A stretch of 61,289 nucleotides of DNA, counting the filler. It is 4 parts of 4 records of this genome, joined end to end, with 100 filler letters (N's around TTAATTAATTAA, not from the genome) between each part and the next. Parts side by side here need not be neighbours in the genome. Positions count along the whole stretch, not along the records: positions 28,284 to 43,803 come from SRR20825010_331; positions 43,904 to 56,852 come from SRR20825010_332; 2 more parts are not named here. One strand, 5' to 3'. Shown here piece after piece: positions 38,623 through 48,338 of the stretch (position 1 is the first letter of the stretch; each line of letters starts with the position of its first letter). The position numbers and the translations under genes were made by a program. The notes below the pieces were generated by a model. The model was not told where the DNA came from. It saw only the letters and a list, made by a program, of their open reading frames with translations, and made no database searches.

Positions 38623-39762
38623 CTAAAGCGAACGGCCGATAAGTTCCTTCATGATCTCAGACGTGCCGCCATAGATACGCTGTACCCGGCTATCGGTGAA
38701 ATGATGGGCGATTTCATACTCTGCCATGAAACCATACCCGCCATGCAACTGCACGCATGTATCCACGATACGGCCCTGCATCTCGGTGGTCCAGAGTTTT
38801 GACATGGCGCCGCCCACAGCATCAAGTTCACCCTTCACATGGCGCGCCAGGCATTGGTCGATAAAGGCCCAACCAACATCGATCTCGGTTTTCATTTCAG
38901 CAAGCTTGAAGCGGGTGTTCTGGAACGCAGCGATCGGGCGGCCAAAAGCCTGCCGCTCTTTCACATAATCAAGCGTGATATCAAATGCGCGCTGTGCCCC
39001 CGCCATGGCGATAACACCGATGGACAGCCGTTCCTGTGGCAATTGCTGCATCAGATACATGAAACCCGCGCCCTCGTGCCCGATGAGGTTGGTGGCGGGC
39101 ACACGCACTTCGTCAAAAAACAGCTCGGACGTATCCGACGAATGCTGGCCAATTTTCTCAAGGTTGCGGCCACGACGGAAACCCTCCCGGTCGCATTCCA
39201 CCACCACAAGGCTCACGCCCTTGGCGCCTTCCTTGGGGTCGGTTTTGCAAGCGACAATGACAAAATCACAGTTCTGGCCATTGGAGATGAAGGTTTTGGA
39301 TCCATTGACCACATAGTGGTTGCCATCCAGCTTTGCGGTGGTTTTGATGCCCTGAAGGTCACTGCCGGTGCCGGGCTCTGTCATGGCGATAGCGCCGACC
39401 ATCTCGCCTGTGGCCATTTTCGGCAGGATGCGTTCCTTGAGGTCGTCTGAGCCGTAGTGCAGCAGGTAGGGCGCTACAATGTCTGAATGCACCGCAAGGC
39501 CCGCGCCGCCCGCGCGGTTATAAACCTGTTCTTCGTTGATGATGCAGTTCAGGCGGTAGTCACCACCAACACCGCCAAATTCTTCCGGCAGTTGGGGGCA
39601 GAGGATGCCCGCTTCGCCCGCCTTGTTCCAAAACTCGCGGGGAACCTGGCCCGCTTTTGACCATGCTGCCGCGTGCGGCGTGGCTTCAGCTTCAAAGAAT
39701 TTACGGACAGCATCCCGGAAAATATGGTGCTCTTCATCGTAAACGGCGCGGCGTGCAAGCAT
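38623..39762 (-). CDS. Acyl-CoA dehydrogenase (LCAD-like)
   Basis: AMTEPGTGSDL, NGSKTFISNG, LPQERL, VQLHGGYG, RIYGGTSEIM. Confidence 0.96.
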   Translation of the reverse strand: MLARRAVYDEEHHIFRDAVRKFFEAEATPHAAAWSKAGQVPREFWNKAGEAGILCPQLPEEFGGVGGDYRLNCIINEEQVYNRAGGAGLAVHSDIVAPYLLHYGSDDLKERILPKMATGEMVGAIAMTEPGTGSDLQGIKTTAKLDGNHYVVNGSKTFISNGQNCDFVIVACKTDPKEGAKGVSLVVVECDREGFRRGRNLEKIGQHSSDTSELFFDEVRVPATNLIGHEGAGFMYLMQQLPQERLSIGVIAMAGAQRAFDITLDYVKERQAFGRPIAAFQNTRFKLAEMKTEIDVGWAFIDQCLARHVKGELDAVGGAMSKLWTTEMQGRIVDTCVQLHGGYGFMAEYEIAHHFTDSRVQRIYGGTSEIMKELIGRSL

Positions 39763-39874
39763 GGATCATCCCCTTGTTTTATTGGTTGGAAATGAAGATG
39801 GGGCGGCAAGTGGGGGCTGTCAAATTTTATGGACGCTATAGTCCAATAATGTCAGGCGATTGTGGGCAGCGCAC

Positions 39875-39900
39875 AAAAAAAGGGGCTCTGGAAGCCCCTT
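39875..39900 (-). terminator. Intrinsic terminator
   Basis: AAGGGGCT-CTGGA-AGCCCCTT hairpin with a T run on the minus strand. Confidence 0.75.
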
Positions 39901-39930
39901 ACTGGTCACTCTGGTGTGGGTATCGCTCTT

Positions 39931-40278
39931 TTAGCTGTCCTGACGGCGGTAAGCCCGGATCGCTTCATTGAGCTTAACCTGCAGGTCACGCCGCTCGTTG
40001 TGGATCTGGGTGAGGTCTTCATCCCAGCGGGCTTTCTGTTCCTTGGTCAGGTACGGCAGAATAACCGGCGCGCGTTGGTCCATACAGGTCAGATACTCGT
40101 CGACGGAGCGTGAATAAGTCAGCACAGCATCACGGGCATCGCGGATATCATCAGCGGATGCACGGCTGCCGTCTGGTACAGGTGGCTGCTGCATTGGCGG
40201 CTCGCCACAGTCTAGCGCCATGGCTGGCAGGCTTCCAAACAGTGCAGCGGCAAATACAAGAGACAAATGTTTTTTCAT
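39931..40278 (-). CDS. Secreted hypothetical protein
   Basis: AAGGAA RBS, signal peptide MKKHLSLVFAAALFGSLPAMA, CGEP..VPDG..YLTC pattern. Confidence 0.78.
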   Translation of the reverse strand: MKKHLSLVFAAALFGSLPAMALDCGEPPMQQPPVPDGSRASADDIRDARDAVLTYSRSVDEYLTCMDQRAPVILPYLTKEQKARWDEDLTQIHNERRDLQVKLNEAIRAYRRQDS

Positions 40279-40383
40279 CGGTGCACAATTCCTTTGGTTA
40301 GTGCGGTATTCAGGCCCAAGCGGCGATATCTTACAGAATTTATTCTCCTGTGCAAATACCCCGGTAACCCGGCCCACAGGTGC

Positions 40384-40415
40384 GAAAAAGGGCAGGCAAA
40401 CGGCCCACCCTTTTC
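40384..40415 (-). terminator. Probable intrinsic terminator
   Basis: GAAAAGGG...CCCTTTTC inverted repeat just past the stop of 40429-41217. Confidence 0.6.
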
Positions 40416-40428
40416 ACCATATTTCTGC

Positions 40429-41217
40429 TTAGTCGCTCTTTGCGGCTTTTTTCGGGGCAGCCTTTTTAGGCGCAGCTTTTTTAGCGGCAGTCTTTTTTGC
40501 AGCTGGTTTTTTGGCTGCAGCCTTTTTCGCAGGTTTTGCCTTTGGCTCGTCTGCGGTGTCGTTTGCTGCAGGGGCTGCGGTCGGCGCTGCTTCAGCGGCG
40601 ACTTGTGCGGGCGCTGCTGCCTGAGCGGCTTGTGCTGCCTGCTGTGCTTCCATTGCCTGGCGGCGCGCTTCGTCTTCCGCTTTTGCCTGCTCAGGGAACA
40701 TCTGGCGGTAAACAGCGTTTACGCGGGTTGCCACGTCTGTCAGTGCGTTGGCAACAGCCTGCAGGTTATAGGCAACACCGCGATACCAGTAGATGCGGGC
40801 TGCAGGGTTATAGGCGCGGTAGATACACGCGTCTGGTGTCTTGCCGTCCCCAACCGTTGCAGGGTCACCCACAAAGTCAAAAATAACCTGTTGGCCGCGT
40901 GTGTCTGTGATCCATTCCTCAAGCTTCTCGTCTGAACGCTCCCACAGTTCGCAAAGGCGACGGTCGTTCAGCGGGTGCTTCTCCGGCAGCTGCAGCACTT
41001 TCCTCAGCGCTTCGCCGCGAGCGCGAGCGCGGGCACGAGTTGGCCACAGCACAGATGCGATCTGGCTGCCGGGAATGAGAATCATTTGGCCGCCATAAAG
41101 GATGCCGGACCCCATGCGGTTTGTCATCGCCTGGTTGAAGATGTTGAATGACGCTTCAGCATGCAGGCACTGGTTTCTAAGTTCGTGAATGTAAATCGCG
41201 AGGGTATTATTATCCAT
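40429..41217 (-). CDS. Hypothetical protein with C-terminal histone-H1-like Ala/Lys-rich tail
   Basis: Globular N-terminal ~170 aa, Ala/Gln linker, tail KAKPAKKAAAKKPAAKKTAAKKAAPKKAAPKKAAK. Confidence 0.85.
   Translation of the reverse strand: MDNNTLAIYIHELRNQCLHAEASFNIFNQAMTNRMGSGILYGGQMILIPGSQIASVLWPTRARARARGEALRKVLQLPEKHPLNDRRLCELWERSDEKLEEWITDTRGQQVIFDFVGDPATVGDGKTPDACIYRAYNPAARIYWYRGVAYNLQAVANALTDVATRVNAVYRQMFPEQAKAEDEARRQAMEAQQAAQAAQAAAPAQVAAEAAPTAAPAANDTADEPKAKPAKKAAAKKPAAKKTAAKKAAPKKAAPKKAAKSD
40438..40542 (-). repeat. Tandem 15-nt coding repeats (xAAKK/AAPKK)
   Basis: About seven degenerate pentapeptide units. Confidence 0.8.
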
Positions 41218-41437
41218 GTCAACTTTTCGCTTTTATCTTGAGTTTTATCAGTGAGCCCCCCTTAAGCACCTTCCCTCTCTGCCGAGCAGGTAGCCAGAAC
41301 ACACCGTTTGCGGCTTGAGCGATAGCACAGCAATCGGGGGCATTCCAGCAACTATTAGCGGCTTTTTGCGGTTCTGCGTTGCCTTTTGGGCCCATAGCGC
41401 GATAAATTGGTGTGGGTGAAAATTTTTGGGTGCTTGA

Positions 41438-41944
41438 ATGGCGGATGCAACATTTGCCATGAGGTCGCAGTCTGCGGCCCCTATAACGCGTACGGAACGG
41501 GCAGGTGCCCGGCCCTCTGGCGCAAGCGAAGCGCGGTCGGGGGAGTTCTCCCGTAGCCTGTCTTCCGATAGCTCTGCCCTTTCTTCCGCCTCTGCCGTCA
41601 GTACGGCTTTTCAGGACAACAGCCCACGGCCGGGCAGTGGTTTGCTTTCAACCGGGGTGCAGTTTGCCCTTGCAGAGACCAGAACACAGGAAGCCAGCGC
41701 ACCGCTGCCGCCTATCTCAAGCCTTGGCCGCGCGCGGGACAGTTACCTGAATGTGCAGGCAAGTGTGAGGGAAACAATCGCGCTCAACCGCCAGTTCGCA
41801 GCGCTTACCTCTGGGCAGGAAGCCAGCCCGCAGGGACAAACGGCTGCGGCTAGCGCGCTCAGCAACACCTCAACAAACAGCGTTGTTGCGAGCAGTGCAT
41901 ACGCGCAGCATAGCGATGATGAGTTTGATAGCGAAAGTTACTGA
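41438..41944 (+). CDS. Ser/Ala-rich hypothetical protein
   Basis: 168-aa ORF filling the gap between minus-strand genes; no recognised family. Confidence 0.65.
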   Translation: MADATFAMRSQSAAPITRTERAGARPSGASEARSGEFSRSLSSDSSALSSASAVSTAFQDNSPRPGSGLLSTGVQFALAETRTQEASAPLPPISSLGRARDSYLNVQASVRETIALNRQFAALTSGQEASPQGQTAAASALSNTSTNSVVASSAYAQHSDDEFDSESY

Positions 41945-41950
41945 GAACCG

Positions 41951-42478
41951 TTAGTTCACGAGCCGTGACGAGATCATCCTGATCCAGCGTGTGACACGCT
42001 CTTCATGATCCTCGGCGTTGCTGTCACCCACGGGTGTGCGGCTGTAGATCACCATTTCACTGGCGTAATTGCCCTTGTCGATAATGCGGACTGTAACAAC
42101 AGACGGTAGGCTTTCGCCGGGCAAACGCTCGGTGAAATCAAACTGGTTGGCCATGGGGTCGAACCGGAAGGTGCGCACCGTGGGCATGTTGTCGGTATAA
42201 TCCGCAAGCGCGAGCCGGAGGGTCTGGGCATCTACCTCAAAGCGGGGGGCAGGGCCGTCTACTTCCGCGTTCGCGCACAGGTCCTTGCTGCACAGCAGAT
42301 AGCTCGGGTCGTCAAACGCACGATTGAGCGCATGGAAGTCAACAGGGGGCAAAGTTCCTTCCTTGCCCCCGAAAATTTTATCGCCGCCGCCAGTTTGCAC
42401 GAGGATGTATAGACCAACCCCCGCCAGAATGACCAGAACACTAAGGCCTATGGCCGCGCTGCGAAATTTTTCAAACAT
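41951..42478 (-). CDS. DUF1499-like membrane-anchored protein
   Basis: N-terminal TM, YLLC..DLC, IYSRTPVGDSN, ERVTRWI. Confidence 0.75.
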   Translation of the reverse strand: MFEKFRSAAIGLSVLVILAGVGLYILVQTGGGDKIFGGKEGTLPPVDFHALNRAFDDPSYLLCSKDLCANAEVDGPAPRFEVDAQTLRLALADYTDNMPTVRTFRFDPMANQFDFTERLPGESLPSVVTVRIIDKGNYASEMVIYSRTPVGDSNAEDHEERVTRWIRMISSRLVN

Positions 42479-42509
42479 ATCAACCTGTTACTTTGGCCGT
42501 TTTCTTGGC

Positions 42510-42809
42510 TTATCCGAGGATCGAGCCAAGCTGCATGGCAAGGCTCATGTCGCCTTCTACACGCAATTTACCGGTCATGAAAGCCATCTGCGGGTTGAGG
42601 TTGCCCTCCGCGATCTGGACAAAGTTGTCCATGGTGACTTTTACGGTGCAGTCAGCTTCCGAATCAGCGTTATCCACCACTGTTGGTGAGGATTTTCCGT
42701 CGATACGCACAACGCCGTCATCGCCAAAATCAAACTTGATGATGGCGGTGAGAGGTGAGTGAGCGCCAATGCGGGTGCGCAGTTCGTCTGTAATTTTTTC
42801 TAGTGACAT
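42510..42809 (-). CDS. SCP2 sterol/lipid-binding domain protein
   Basis: EADCTV, LNPQMAFMTGKLRVEGDMSLAMQL; GGGAG RBS before ATG 42809. Confidence 0.94.
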   Translation of the reverse strand: MSLEKITDELRTRIGAHSPLTAIIKFDFGDDGVVRIDGKSSPTVVDNADSEADCTVKVTMDNFVQIAEGNLNPQMAFMTGKLRVEGDMSLAMQLGSILG

Positions 42810-42863
42810 TATGGTCTCCCTGATGAATTTGATGAATATTGGACGGACCAGTCCAGAAATCAA

Positions 42864-43610
42864 TCAGTTATTGCCGTCGTCGTCTTTTTCATCCGATTTT
42901 TTCTTGAGCTTGCCGACAAGACCACCAAGCCCCTTCTCAAGCTTGCCGCGCGCGTCATCAGCAATATTCTTCAGTTTTTCCGGTGCGTTAGCGGAAATCA
43001 GCGCCTTGGCGATTTGCGGCTGCAGCACGTCCATCACATGGCGGGCGATCTCGCTGGGCGCCAAGCCTTTCTCGTCCGTCCCTAGGTCGGTGAGGGTAAA
43101 ATCAGCGAGCTTGATGCGCTCGTTCACGTCCATCAGGCCCCCCTCTGTCGAGACCGCAACCTCAGGTGCCTTCACCACCATTTCCTTGATGGTGAGCGTA
43201 ACGCTGGAGGGCGCGTCGTCCGTCGCGGTATAGCCAATGCCCTTTTGCAGGGCGTCAAAATTTGTGAGCCTGCCTTTGGTGCGGGCATCCAGCACGGGGG
43301 CTTCAATATACATGCGGTCAATGATGATATGATCTGACATCAGCGTCTTGGTTCTGAGCTGCATGTCAAAAACCCCAAGCGATGCGATAGCACCCTCGCC
43401 AAAGCCTTCAGGCTGGCCAATGGTAAGCCCCTTGATGCCAACCTTGCCGGAGAAGGGGGAGAGCCTGACGCTATCAACCTTCACGTCCACCTTCAGCACG
43501 TCCGGGCCGGTGGTTTCAACGCCGGTTTTCACAATAGAATCAAGCTGGTAATAGGCAAATGCCGCCCCGCCGATGATCAGGACAAGAAGCAGGAGGAAAA
43601 ACTTTTTCAT
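42864..43610 (-). CDS. AsmA-like/DUF748 membrane-anchored protein
   Basis: N-terminal TM then beta-rich VRLSPFSG, LTIGQPEGF, TNFDALQK. Confidence 0.78.
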   Translation of the reverse strand: MKKFFLLLLVLIIGGAAFAYYQLDSIVKTGVETTGPDVLKVDVKVDSVRLSPFSGKVGIKGLTIGQPEGFGEGAIASLGVFDMQLRTKTLMSDHIIIDRMYIEAPVLDARTKGRLTNFDALQKGIGYTATDDAPSSVTLTIKEMVVKAPEVAVSTEGGLMDVNERIKLADFTLTDLGTDEKGLAPSEIARHVMDVLQPQIAKALISANAPEKLKNIADDARGKLEKGLGGLVGKLKKKSDEKDDDGNN

Positions 43611-43803
43611 CTATATGTCTCCGTCGCAATGTGCTTTTTCAAAGCATCGTATCAGATAAGCGTCCATTCGGCCCGTGACATTGGCCTCGTTCAAACGCTC
43701 ATACCACATCAAAACTGGCGGGTGTATAAAAACACCGAAGCAGACGCGTTTCACGACGCCACACAGGTGGTATAAGTGTGACGGTTTTTGTGGCGCAGGT
43801 GTG

Positions 43804-43903
43804 NNNNNNNNNNNNNNNNNNNNNNNNNNNNNNNNNNNNNNNNNNNNTTAATTAATTAANNNNNNNNNNNNNNNNNNNNNNNNNNNNNNNNNNNNNNNNN
43901 NNN
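43804..43903. other. Artificial contig linker
   Basis: 44 N + TTAATTAATTAA + 44 N; abrupt shift to AT-rich sequence after it. Confidence 0.99.
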
Positions 43904-43964
43904 TGGGTCGATTCCTATTGTTGGGTTCAGGGCATGCCCTGAGGTTTAATACCTTTTATCCCAT

Positions 43965-43990
43965 AAAAAAAGAGCTGTAAAATACAGCTC
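43965..43990 (-). terminator. Intrinsic terminator
   Basis: GAGCTGTA-AAA-TACAGCTC hairpin with a T7 run on the minus strand. Confidence 0.82.
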
Positions 43991-44018
43991 CCAATGTATG
44001 TGATATTAGTATTCCAAT

Positions 44019-44393
44019 TTATATTTTAATAGGTGTTTTATCACTTAAATTTATATCCTCCAACATATTGTCGGTAAATTTATAATGTCCTTTAGTGGTG
44101 ATAATTTTAAAACGATTGGAATTCATTCGGCTTAGGGTATCCAAAAACAACCATTTGGATTTCAATAACAATGGCCTTTCGGATTTTAAACTAATCTCGA
44201 AATAGTATTTTTTGCCATTCTTTAAAGCCACAATATCCGGGGTAATTTTGGTGTCGCTACCTCTTTTTAAATAAGATTTTGGACAATCATAACCTTCAAT
44301 ATCCGCCTTGATTTTTTCAAAACCGTGCGCTTCCAAGTGGGAAATGGACTTCTTTATGAACTCCTCGTTTGCTGATTTTTCAATTTTTATCAT
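44019..44393 (-). CDS. Small hypothetical protein with a PD-(D/E)xK-like motif
   Basis: ITPDIVALKNGKKYYFEISLK; own terminator downstream. Confidence 0.82.
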   Translation of the reverse strand: MIKIEKSANEEFIKKSISHLEAHGFEKIKADIEGYDCPKSYLKRGSDTKITPDIVALKNGKKYYFEISLKSERPLLLKSKWLFLDTLSRMNSNRFKIITTKGHYKFTDNMLEDINLSDKTPIKI

Positions 44394-44734
44394 AATCGTA
44401 ATGTATGAAAAAATTCGATTAAAAGCAAATAAATACGCTGATTAACAGTTATTTAAGGGGTTTTTAACAAATTTGTTTTCATTTAGGAAACGAATCTAGT
44501 TTAATTCAAAACAATTGCTATTTACTGTGGATGTTTTAATTGATTTAGGAATAGTAATTTTGATAAGTTTCCCAATTGATTGGACTAAGTTTTATCTGAT
44601 TTTTTGGGATACAGTTACCTAAAAACTTGGCATAAAATTAAATTTTAAAACTGCGCTGCCCCCGTATTCCTTAAATTTTTATAATTTTCCAAGTTCCAAA
44701 CAAGATTTTACATTAACAATCATAGATTTTATTA

Positions 44735-45937
44735 ATGAATAGCTACCGAAAAGGAATACACATTATATTAATTACAGGTATTTTTATATTCATATCCTGT
44801 GAAAAAAAGGTTGATAAGGATGAACTTGCTATCAATACATTGATGGAAGACGTAAAACAGGAATTTGCCCCGGACAAAAGGGTAGCCCTTTTTAATATAG
44901 AATATGTTAGGAAGGGTAATGAAATCATTCTTAAGGGAGAATCTAACTTACCTGAGGCCGTTGCAAGCTTTAAACAAAAGCTTGCAGAAGAAGAAATAAA
45001 GTATGTAGATAGTATTCAATTATTGCCTTTATCCAATTTAAATGGTTTTATCCAAGGCCTTATTACCATATCCGTGGCCAATTTGCGTGGAAAACCTGCA
45101 CATTCATCGGAGTTGGTTACCCAGGCTACCTTGGGTACCCCTGTGAAGATTTTTAAGGAAGAGGATGACTGGTATTTGATACAGACTCCGGATAAATATT
45201 TGTCCTGGGTAGATAGGGGAGGTATAAAACCATTATCAGCAGAAAGGTTTACGCGGTGGAAATCCACTCCAAAAGTTATATACACCAATACCATAGGTCA
45301 TTCCTATACCGAACCCAATAAAGATAGCCAGGTTATTTCCGATATGGTTGCAGGAGGTGTTTTGGAACGAATAGGAGAAGAAAAGGAGTTTTATTATGTG
45401 GCTTTTCCAGATGGTAGAAAGGCTTATGTCCTCAAAACAGAGGCCATGGATTATGACTCTTGGTTGGCGGCATTAAATCCCAGTCAGGAATCTTTGGTGA
45501 GTACTTCGAAAACCTTAATGGGTGTCCCATATTTGTGGGGGGGTACCTCTACCAAAGGGGTAGATTGTAGTGGTTTTACCAAAACCATTTATTTTCTAAA
45601 TGGCATTGTCTTGCCGAGGGATGCTTCCCAACAAATACATACCGGCAAGGAGATAGATGCGGTTAAGGATTTTGACAAGTTGGAACCCGGCGATTTATTA
45701 TTTTTTGGAAAACCAGCAACAGATACCACCAAGGAGCGCGTAATCCACGTGGGGATGTGGATCGGTAACAACGAATTCATCCATTCTGCAGGAAGGGTAC
45801 ATATAAGTAGTGTGGACAAAGACGCCCCAAATTTTGACGAGTACAACCTCAATAGATATTTACGTTCCAATCGCTATCTCAAGGAACCCAAGGACGGATT
45901 GATAGAGCTTGTCAAAACCCCTGTTTTTAAGGACTGA
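44735..45937 (+). CDS. SH3 + NlpC/P60 (C40) gamma-D-glutamyl peptidase, YkfC-like lipoprotein
   Basis: Lipobox FISC, ELVTQATLG SH3, PYLWGGTS, DCSGF, LPRDASQQ, HVGMW, FIHS. Confidence 0.93.
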   Translation: MNSYRKGIHIILITGIFIFISCEKKVDKDELAINTLMEDVKQEFAPDKRVALFNIEYVRKGNEIILKGESNLPEAVASFKQKLAEEEIKYVDSIQLLPLSNLNGFIQGLITISVANLRGKPAHSSELVTQATLGTPVKIFKEEDDWYLIQTPDKYLSWVDRGGIKPLSAERFTRWKSTPKVIYTNTIGHSYTEPNKDSQVISDMVAGGVLERIGEEKEFYYVAFPDGRKAYVLKTEAMDYDSWLAALNPSQESLVSTSKTLMGVPYLWGGTSTKGVDCSGFTKTIYFLNGIVLPRDASQQIHTGKEIDAVKDFDKLEPGDLLFFGKPATDTTKERVIHVGMWIGNNEFIHSAGRVHISSVDKDAPNFDEYNLNRYLRSNRYLKEPKDGLIELVKTPVFKD

Positions 45938-45944
45938 CCAAAGC

Positions 45945-46973
45945 TTATTTTAGGTCCACAGCCATTATAAAGTCGTCCGCAGTGATATAGAGCGTTTTTT
46001 CTTCGGTATCAAAAGCACAATTGGCCGTTGCCTGTCCTGTATGGATTCTGGCCAAGGCTTTTCCTTTCGGATTAAAGATCCATACCCCGCCTGGTCCTGT
46101 AGCAAATAGGGTACCATTGCTATTTATTTTTAAGCCATCGGGCAAACCTTGTTGACCTTCTTTGCCAATTAGCTCTGTTACCTCATAAAAAAGTTTTTTA
46201 TCGGTTACCTTACCAGGTTCCGAAATCTTATACTGGTACCAAGCGGCATGTTCCGGATCTGAATTTGCTACGTAAAGGACATTACCATCCGGAGATATTC
46301 CTATTCCGTTAGGGCGGGAAATAGAGTCGAGCAGTATTAATTCCCCGTTAGTCATTAGGCAATAAATTCCTTGAAAATTCAATTCTTTGCCTTCATCATC
46401 CATTCTTTTTGGTAGTCCATAGGGTGGATCTGTAAAATAGAGGTTACCGTTTTTATCGAATGTGGCATCATTGGGGCTGTTCAATTGCTTGCCCATATAC
46501 GAATCAACCAGGGTAGTAAAGTCGGAAGAAGGAGTACTTACAGGTGTATTCATTTTGGCAACTTGACGATTCCCGTGTTGCATGAGCACCAACTCCCCCT
46601 CTTTATTTAGCAAAAGTCCATTGGAGCCCGGTTCTTCACCTGTAAAATCGGTACCTGAAAACCCGGAAGGATGCAAGTAGGTGACCGTATCGTTATTTTT
46701 CGGGTCCAACTTATAGACTTTATTGTTGGGGATATCTGAAAATAATAAATAATTGCCTTCTTTTATCCATAGTGGTCCCTCGGTCCAGGCAAAGCCACTG
46801 GCAAGGATTTCAATATTAGATTTCGGATCTATTATCTGAAGTGCCTCATCGTCCAAAATCTCAATCGACAAGGGCGCAAGGTTAGCTTCATCGGGAATGG
46901 TTTTTTTATTCGACTCCCTACAAGCTCCCAATAGTAGAGCCGAGCCTAAAATAATTGATGTTATTTTTTTCAT
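45945..46973 (-). CDS. SMP-30/gluconolactonase family lipoprotein
   Basis: LGAC lipobox, WTEGPLW, FSDIP, GSNGL, LNSPND, FTDPPYG, RPNGI, PDGL. Confidence 0.94.
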   Translation of the reverse strand: MKKITSIILGSALLLGACRESNKKTIPDEANLAPLSIEILDDEALQIIDPKSNIEILASGFAWTEGPLWIKEGNYLLFSDIPNNKVYKLDPKNNDTVTYLHPSGFSGTDFTGEEPGSNGLLLNKEGELVLMQHGNRQVAKMNTPVSTPSSDFTTLVDSYMGKQLNSPNDATFDKNGNLYFTDPPYGLPKRMDDEGKELNFQGIYCLMTNGELILLDSISRPNGIGISPDGNVLYVANSDPEHAAWYQYKISEPGKVTDKKLFYEVTELIGKEGQQGLPDGLKINSNGTLFATGPGGVWIFNPKGKALARIHTGQATANCAFDTEEKTLYITADDFIMAVDLK

Positions 46974-46974
46974 T

Positions 46975-48297
46975 TTAGTGCATTATTTTAACTATGATAG
47001 TGATAACGGCCATGGCAGTACCTCCGAGTACGAACGTCCCGGCCGATTGGATCTGATATCCCTGTTTTACGTTCATTCCGGTAAGTTGGGTGAGTACCCA
47101 AAAGAAACTGTCGTTTACGTGCGATACTACAGAAGCTCCTGCGCCTATAGACAAAACGGTCATAGTAGCCATAAAAGGGTCATTTAGACCCAGAGCGGGC
47201 ATTAAAGGGGCTATGATAGATGCTGTGGTTACCAAGGCAACTGTAGATGAGCCCTGTGTTGTTTTAAGACAGGCAGCTAATAGAAAGGGCAAAAACAGAC
47301 CCAATTCCATACCAGTAAATTCTGAGGTGATGGTATCTGCAATTCCTGAATTCTGTAACATCTTGCCAAAAATTCCTCCGGCCCCAGTAATAAAAATTAT
47401 AGGGGCCGCCTCCCTTAACGATTCTCCAAACCAACCTGTAGAGGAGAAAATCTTTTCGTCCAATTTTTTGGGCAATACAAGTGACAATAAAACGCCTATC
47501 AAAAGGGCAATTACAGGCGTGCCCAAGAATGATATAATGGTCTTGATAGGGGAAGGTTGAAAGGTAAATTCCGGATAATCCATGACCGATTTAAGGATAA
47601 TGAGTACAATAGGTATTACTATGGCCAATAAGGATTTCCATAGGGCAGGTTGCTCCTGTTGTGTTGTCACGGCTTCGAGTGTTATAGGGACATTGATACG
47701 CGATGCCAATTTGGTGGCAAAGAAATAACAGGCAACAAGGGAAATACTACTTATCAATAATCCCCATATCATAACACTTCCTAAATCTGCCCCTAAAATA
47801 CCAGCAGCGGCAATAGGCCCCGGGGTAGGTGGTACCATGGTATGCGAAGCGGTCAATCCCAATGCCAGGGCCGCGGTAGTACCTGCAAAGGAAACACCTG
47901 CCTTGGAGGAAAGCACCTTGTTCAAAGGGTTCATGATCAGTAGCGCACTATCTGCAAATACGGGTATGGATAGGATATAACCAGTAAGCAGCATGGCCAA
48001 ATGAATGGATTTTGCACCTATTAACTGTAAAATTTTGGAGGCGATGACAAAGGCTCCGCCAGATTTTTCCAAAACTTTGCCTATGGTAACCCCAAACAGG
48101 ATTATAAGCCCAATTTTGCCCATAATGTCACCAAAACCATTATTTATGGAATTGATTATGGATTCTATATCCATTCCCGTCATAAAGCCATAGGCTATGG
48201 CAGAAAAAAGAAGGACAAAAAAGGGATGTACTTTAAATTTGATGATACCTACGATTAATAGGGCAAGGGAAAGTACTAAGGCGATAAGGTAAGTCAT
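46975..48297 (-). CDS. GntP family sugar-acid permease
   Basis: KVHPF, IPVFADS, VPPTPGP, QGSSTVA, SHVNDSFFW. Confidence 0.94.
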   Translation of the reverse strand: MTYLIALVLSLALLIVGIIKFKVHPFFVLLFSAIAYGFMTGMDIESIINSINNGFGDIMGKIGLIILFGVTIGKVLEKSGGAFVIASKILQLIGAKSIHLAMLLTGYILSIPVFADSALLIMNPLNKVLSSKAGVSFAGTTAALALGLTASHTMVPPTPGPIAAAGILGADLGSVMIWGLLISSISLVACYFFATKLASRINVPITLEAVTTQQEQPALWKSLLAIVIPIVLIILKSVMDYPEFTFQPSPIKTIISFLGTPVIALLIGVLLSLVLPKKLDEKIFSSTGWFGESLREAAPIIFITGAGGIFGKMLQNSGIADTITSEFTGMELGLFLPFLLAACLKTTQGSSTVALVTTASIIAPLMPALGLNDPFMATMTVLSIGAGASVVSHVNDSFFWVLTQLTGMNVKQGYQIQSAGTFVLGGTAMAVITIIVKIMH

Positions 48298-48338
48298 GGT
48301 TTTTTTTGGTTGGTTATTGGTATTATTCGGTTAATATT

